In this document: piece by piece, positions 62,178 through 64,000 of the stretch | Position numbering within the stretch: position 1 is the stretch's first letter | Layout: each line of letters opens with the position of its first letter | From: an uncultured Candidatus Poseidoniales archaeon | Lineage (GTDB): Archaea; Thermoplasmatota; Poseidoniia; Poseidoniales; Poseidoniaceae | Assembly: GCA_905182715.1 (NCBI GenBank) | Contig: CAJJCP010000013.1 | Coordinates: 11,990 to 75,989, forward strand | DNA length: 64,000 nucleotides | Direction: 5' to 3' | Notes under the pieces: model-generated | The model's input: the letters and a program-made list of their open reading frames with translations, nothing else | Databases searched by the model: none | What the model was told of the DNA's origin: nothing | Position numbers and translations under genes: made by a program

Positions 62178-64000
62178 ATGAGTCCACGGTATGGCGTGCC
62201 AGTCATCGTCATACTGTTACTCGCGAGTTCGTGGTGTTTCTCAAACAATGAGACTCTTGAACAATGGATGGCAGAAAATACATTCGACATCGAAGATGAA
62301 GAGATGAAACTCTTACCGTTACAAGAAAATGAGCGTTGGTTAGTGCTCCTAGTTGATTTTGATGAACAACCAGCTACAGATGCATGGGGTGCAGATCAAG
62401 CTCAAACACTTTTAGATGATGTCGCTCAAAAGTATGTCTATCAACTGTCGGGTTCATCGACTGTCTTACAAATTGATGTAAACAGCAAAATATCTCGTGC
62501 AAGTAGTCCAGTTACCGAATATGGCGCAGATTCAAATGGAAACCGAGACATGGGATTAGACGGAACATTCCTTCCGATGCGATTGGCTGAGGAAACTGTA
62601 CTTGATCATGAAACCTATGTGGATTGGGATGAATACGACCTTGATAACGATGGTTTTGTGGACAGATTATTGATTTTGCACACGACCAAAGGTCAAGAAG
62701 AGAATCCAAGTGAAACTTCAAAAATTTGGAGTCATTTCACCATGTTCGATGACCCAATAGAAGTCGATGAGGGTGTGAAAGTGGGACACTACACAATGGC
62801 GAGTCTTCGTACCGGATCAAGTGGAATGGGGACTATACTCCATGAAATGCTTCACCAAATGGGTGCTATGGACCTCTACCCCGTTCATGACACAGGACAA
62901 TTAAACAGTTGGCAAGGCATTGGTGATTGGGATATCATGGCGAGTGGAAATTGGAATGGAGGAGGGGTTTGGCCAGCACTGCCATCTTCAGCAACACTCG
63001 ACCTTTTGGGGGCAAATCGGAGTCAAACAATGGACCTGAGTTGGCCTGAAAGCGCTCAATCACCATGTATTGGACCAAGTATACAATTGAAGGGAATGAG
63101 TGACAATGGCACCTCGCTACATATTCCATTAACTGAGAAAGAGAATATCTGGATTGAATACCGTTCAAACTCTGGATTCGATCAACATTTACCTGGTTCT
63201 GGAGTTCTGGTAACCTACCAAGACCGAAGTGTTGGTAACGAAGATAAAAATGAACTCAACCGAGATTCTGATCAGCCATGGCTTACCGTCATTGAAGCAG
63301 ACGGAAGAATAGATTTGCGAAACGGTGCAAATTCTGGTGAAGCATCAGACCTTTTCCTTAATGGGACGAAATTTGGTGCGCAAGGAATTCAAATATTCAC
63401 ACACGATGGGTTTCTTGTGCCTTGGGTGGCTACTGTTGAAATCAATATAACGGTAGAAATACATTTCACTGCTCCAGATTGTACACCTCAATTCCACCTT
63501 GATGTACCCGACTTTGGAGGTGTATACTTGCCAACAGATGGATTTCCTATTCTTGCTACCAGTACTGTACCTTGCCAACTGACGTATGATCTCAGCCTCT
63601 CTGATGGAAGAATGTTCATCAACGAGAGTTTCGCTATTGAAGGCAAAAACAATGAGATTGAATTACAGTATTCTTCGATCTCAACAGAAAATGCCGTAGC
63701 GTCTCTTGAGGGTTTCATTTATTGTGGTGAAGATTCTGTTTATTTGAAAACTCAAATTTTAACGCTTGGAAGAATACCTCTTGAAAATACCTTTTCTGGA
63801 ACTTTCCCTGCATTCGAACCTTCTACGATTGAGATACCAGTCACCTCACTCGGTAACTCATCACAATCATTCACTGTGCAACTCGATGGCCCATTATCAC
63901 GTATAGGAACAGTATCGAATCAAATTACTCTGGATGGCAATGATAAAGCATCACTGGAAATCGAACCAAATGGCTTACTTCAAGATCGAATGTCGGTAAA
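62178..64000 (+). CDS. M6 (immune inhibitor A-like) metalloprotease, 3' truncated
   Basis: Manual translation shows LVDF, DLDNDG.VD, IWSH, HEMLHQMG..DLY, G.WDIMASG.WNG, IEYR...GFD..LPG and VIEADG. Confidence 0.88.
   Translation, partial: MSPRYGVPVIVILLLASSWCFSNNETLEQWMAENTFDIEDEEMKLLPLQENERWLVLLVDFDEQPATDAWGADQAQTLLDDVAQKYVYQLSGSSTVLQIDVNSKISRASSPVTEYGADSNGNRDMGLDGTFLPMRLAEETVLDHETYVDWDEYDLDNDGFVDRLLILHTTKGQEENPSETSKIWSHFTMFDDPIEVDEGVKVGHYTMASLRTGSSGMGTILHEMLHQMGAMDLYPVHDTGQLNSWQGIGDWDIMASGNWNGGGVWPALPSSATLDLLGANRSQTMDLSWPESAQSPCIGPSIQLKGMSDNGTSLHIPLTEKENIWIEYRSNSGFDQHLPGSGVLVTYQDRSVGNEDKNELNRDSDQPWLTVIEADGRIDLRNGANSGEASDLFLNGTKFGAQGIQIFTHDGFLVPWVATVEINITVEIHFTAPDCTPQFHLDVPDFGGVYLPTDGFPILATSTVPCQLTYDLSLSDGRMFINESFAIEGKNNEIELQYSSISTENAVASLEGFIYCGEDSVYLKTQILTLGRIPLENTFSGTFPAFEPSTIEIPVTSLGNSSQSFTVQLDGPLSRIGTVSNQITLDGNDKASLEIEPNGLLQDRMSV

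Overview
The window is 64 kb of dense archaeal core chromosome. Gene content (PriS, PAN, MBF1, Tsr3, Kae1, eS19/eL39/eL31/eS17, large secreted proteins, M6 protease, PntAB) best fits Marine Group II / Poseidoniales (Thermoplasmatota); this assignment is an inference. It carries futalosine menaquinone genes (mqnE/A/D), a dispersed THF-dependent histidine degradation set (hutH/U/I plus split FTCD) near fdhD and a formate-dehydrogenase-like gene, methylmalonyl-CoA mutase and epimerase, a preQ0 operon, a ribosomal protein operon, mdh with transhydrogenase, and tRNA-Val(GAC). No transposase, integrase or CRISPR array was seen. Several indels, mostly in homopolymer or low-complexity runs, suggest a noisy assembly. 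The most notable observations are: (1) an intergenic 11-6-11 bp dif-like Xer recombination site at 28869-28896; (2) an RHH-led folE-queE-queC-queD operon whose QueC lacks its Zn-binding cysteines and is fused in frame to MsrB, preceded by a candidate RHH operator; (3) a zinc-ribbon / four-EF-hand / acidic membrane protein divergent from a DUF835-like gene; (4) a degenerate TatC fused to a Cys-rich domain resembling the HdrA N-terminus; (5) a recurrent TTCAA motif at TATA-box distance upstream of many genes. All family calls come from motif recognition by eye; no database searches were run.
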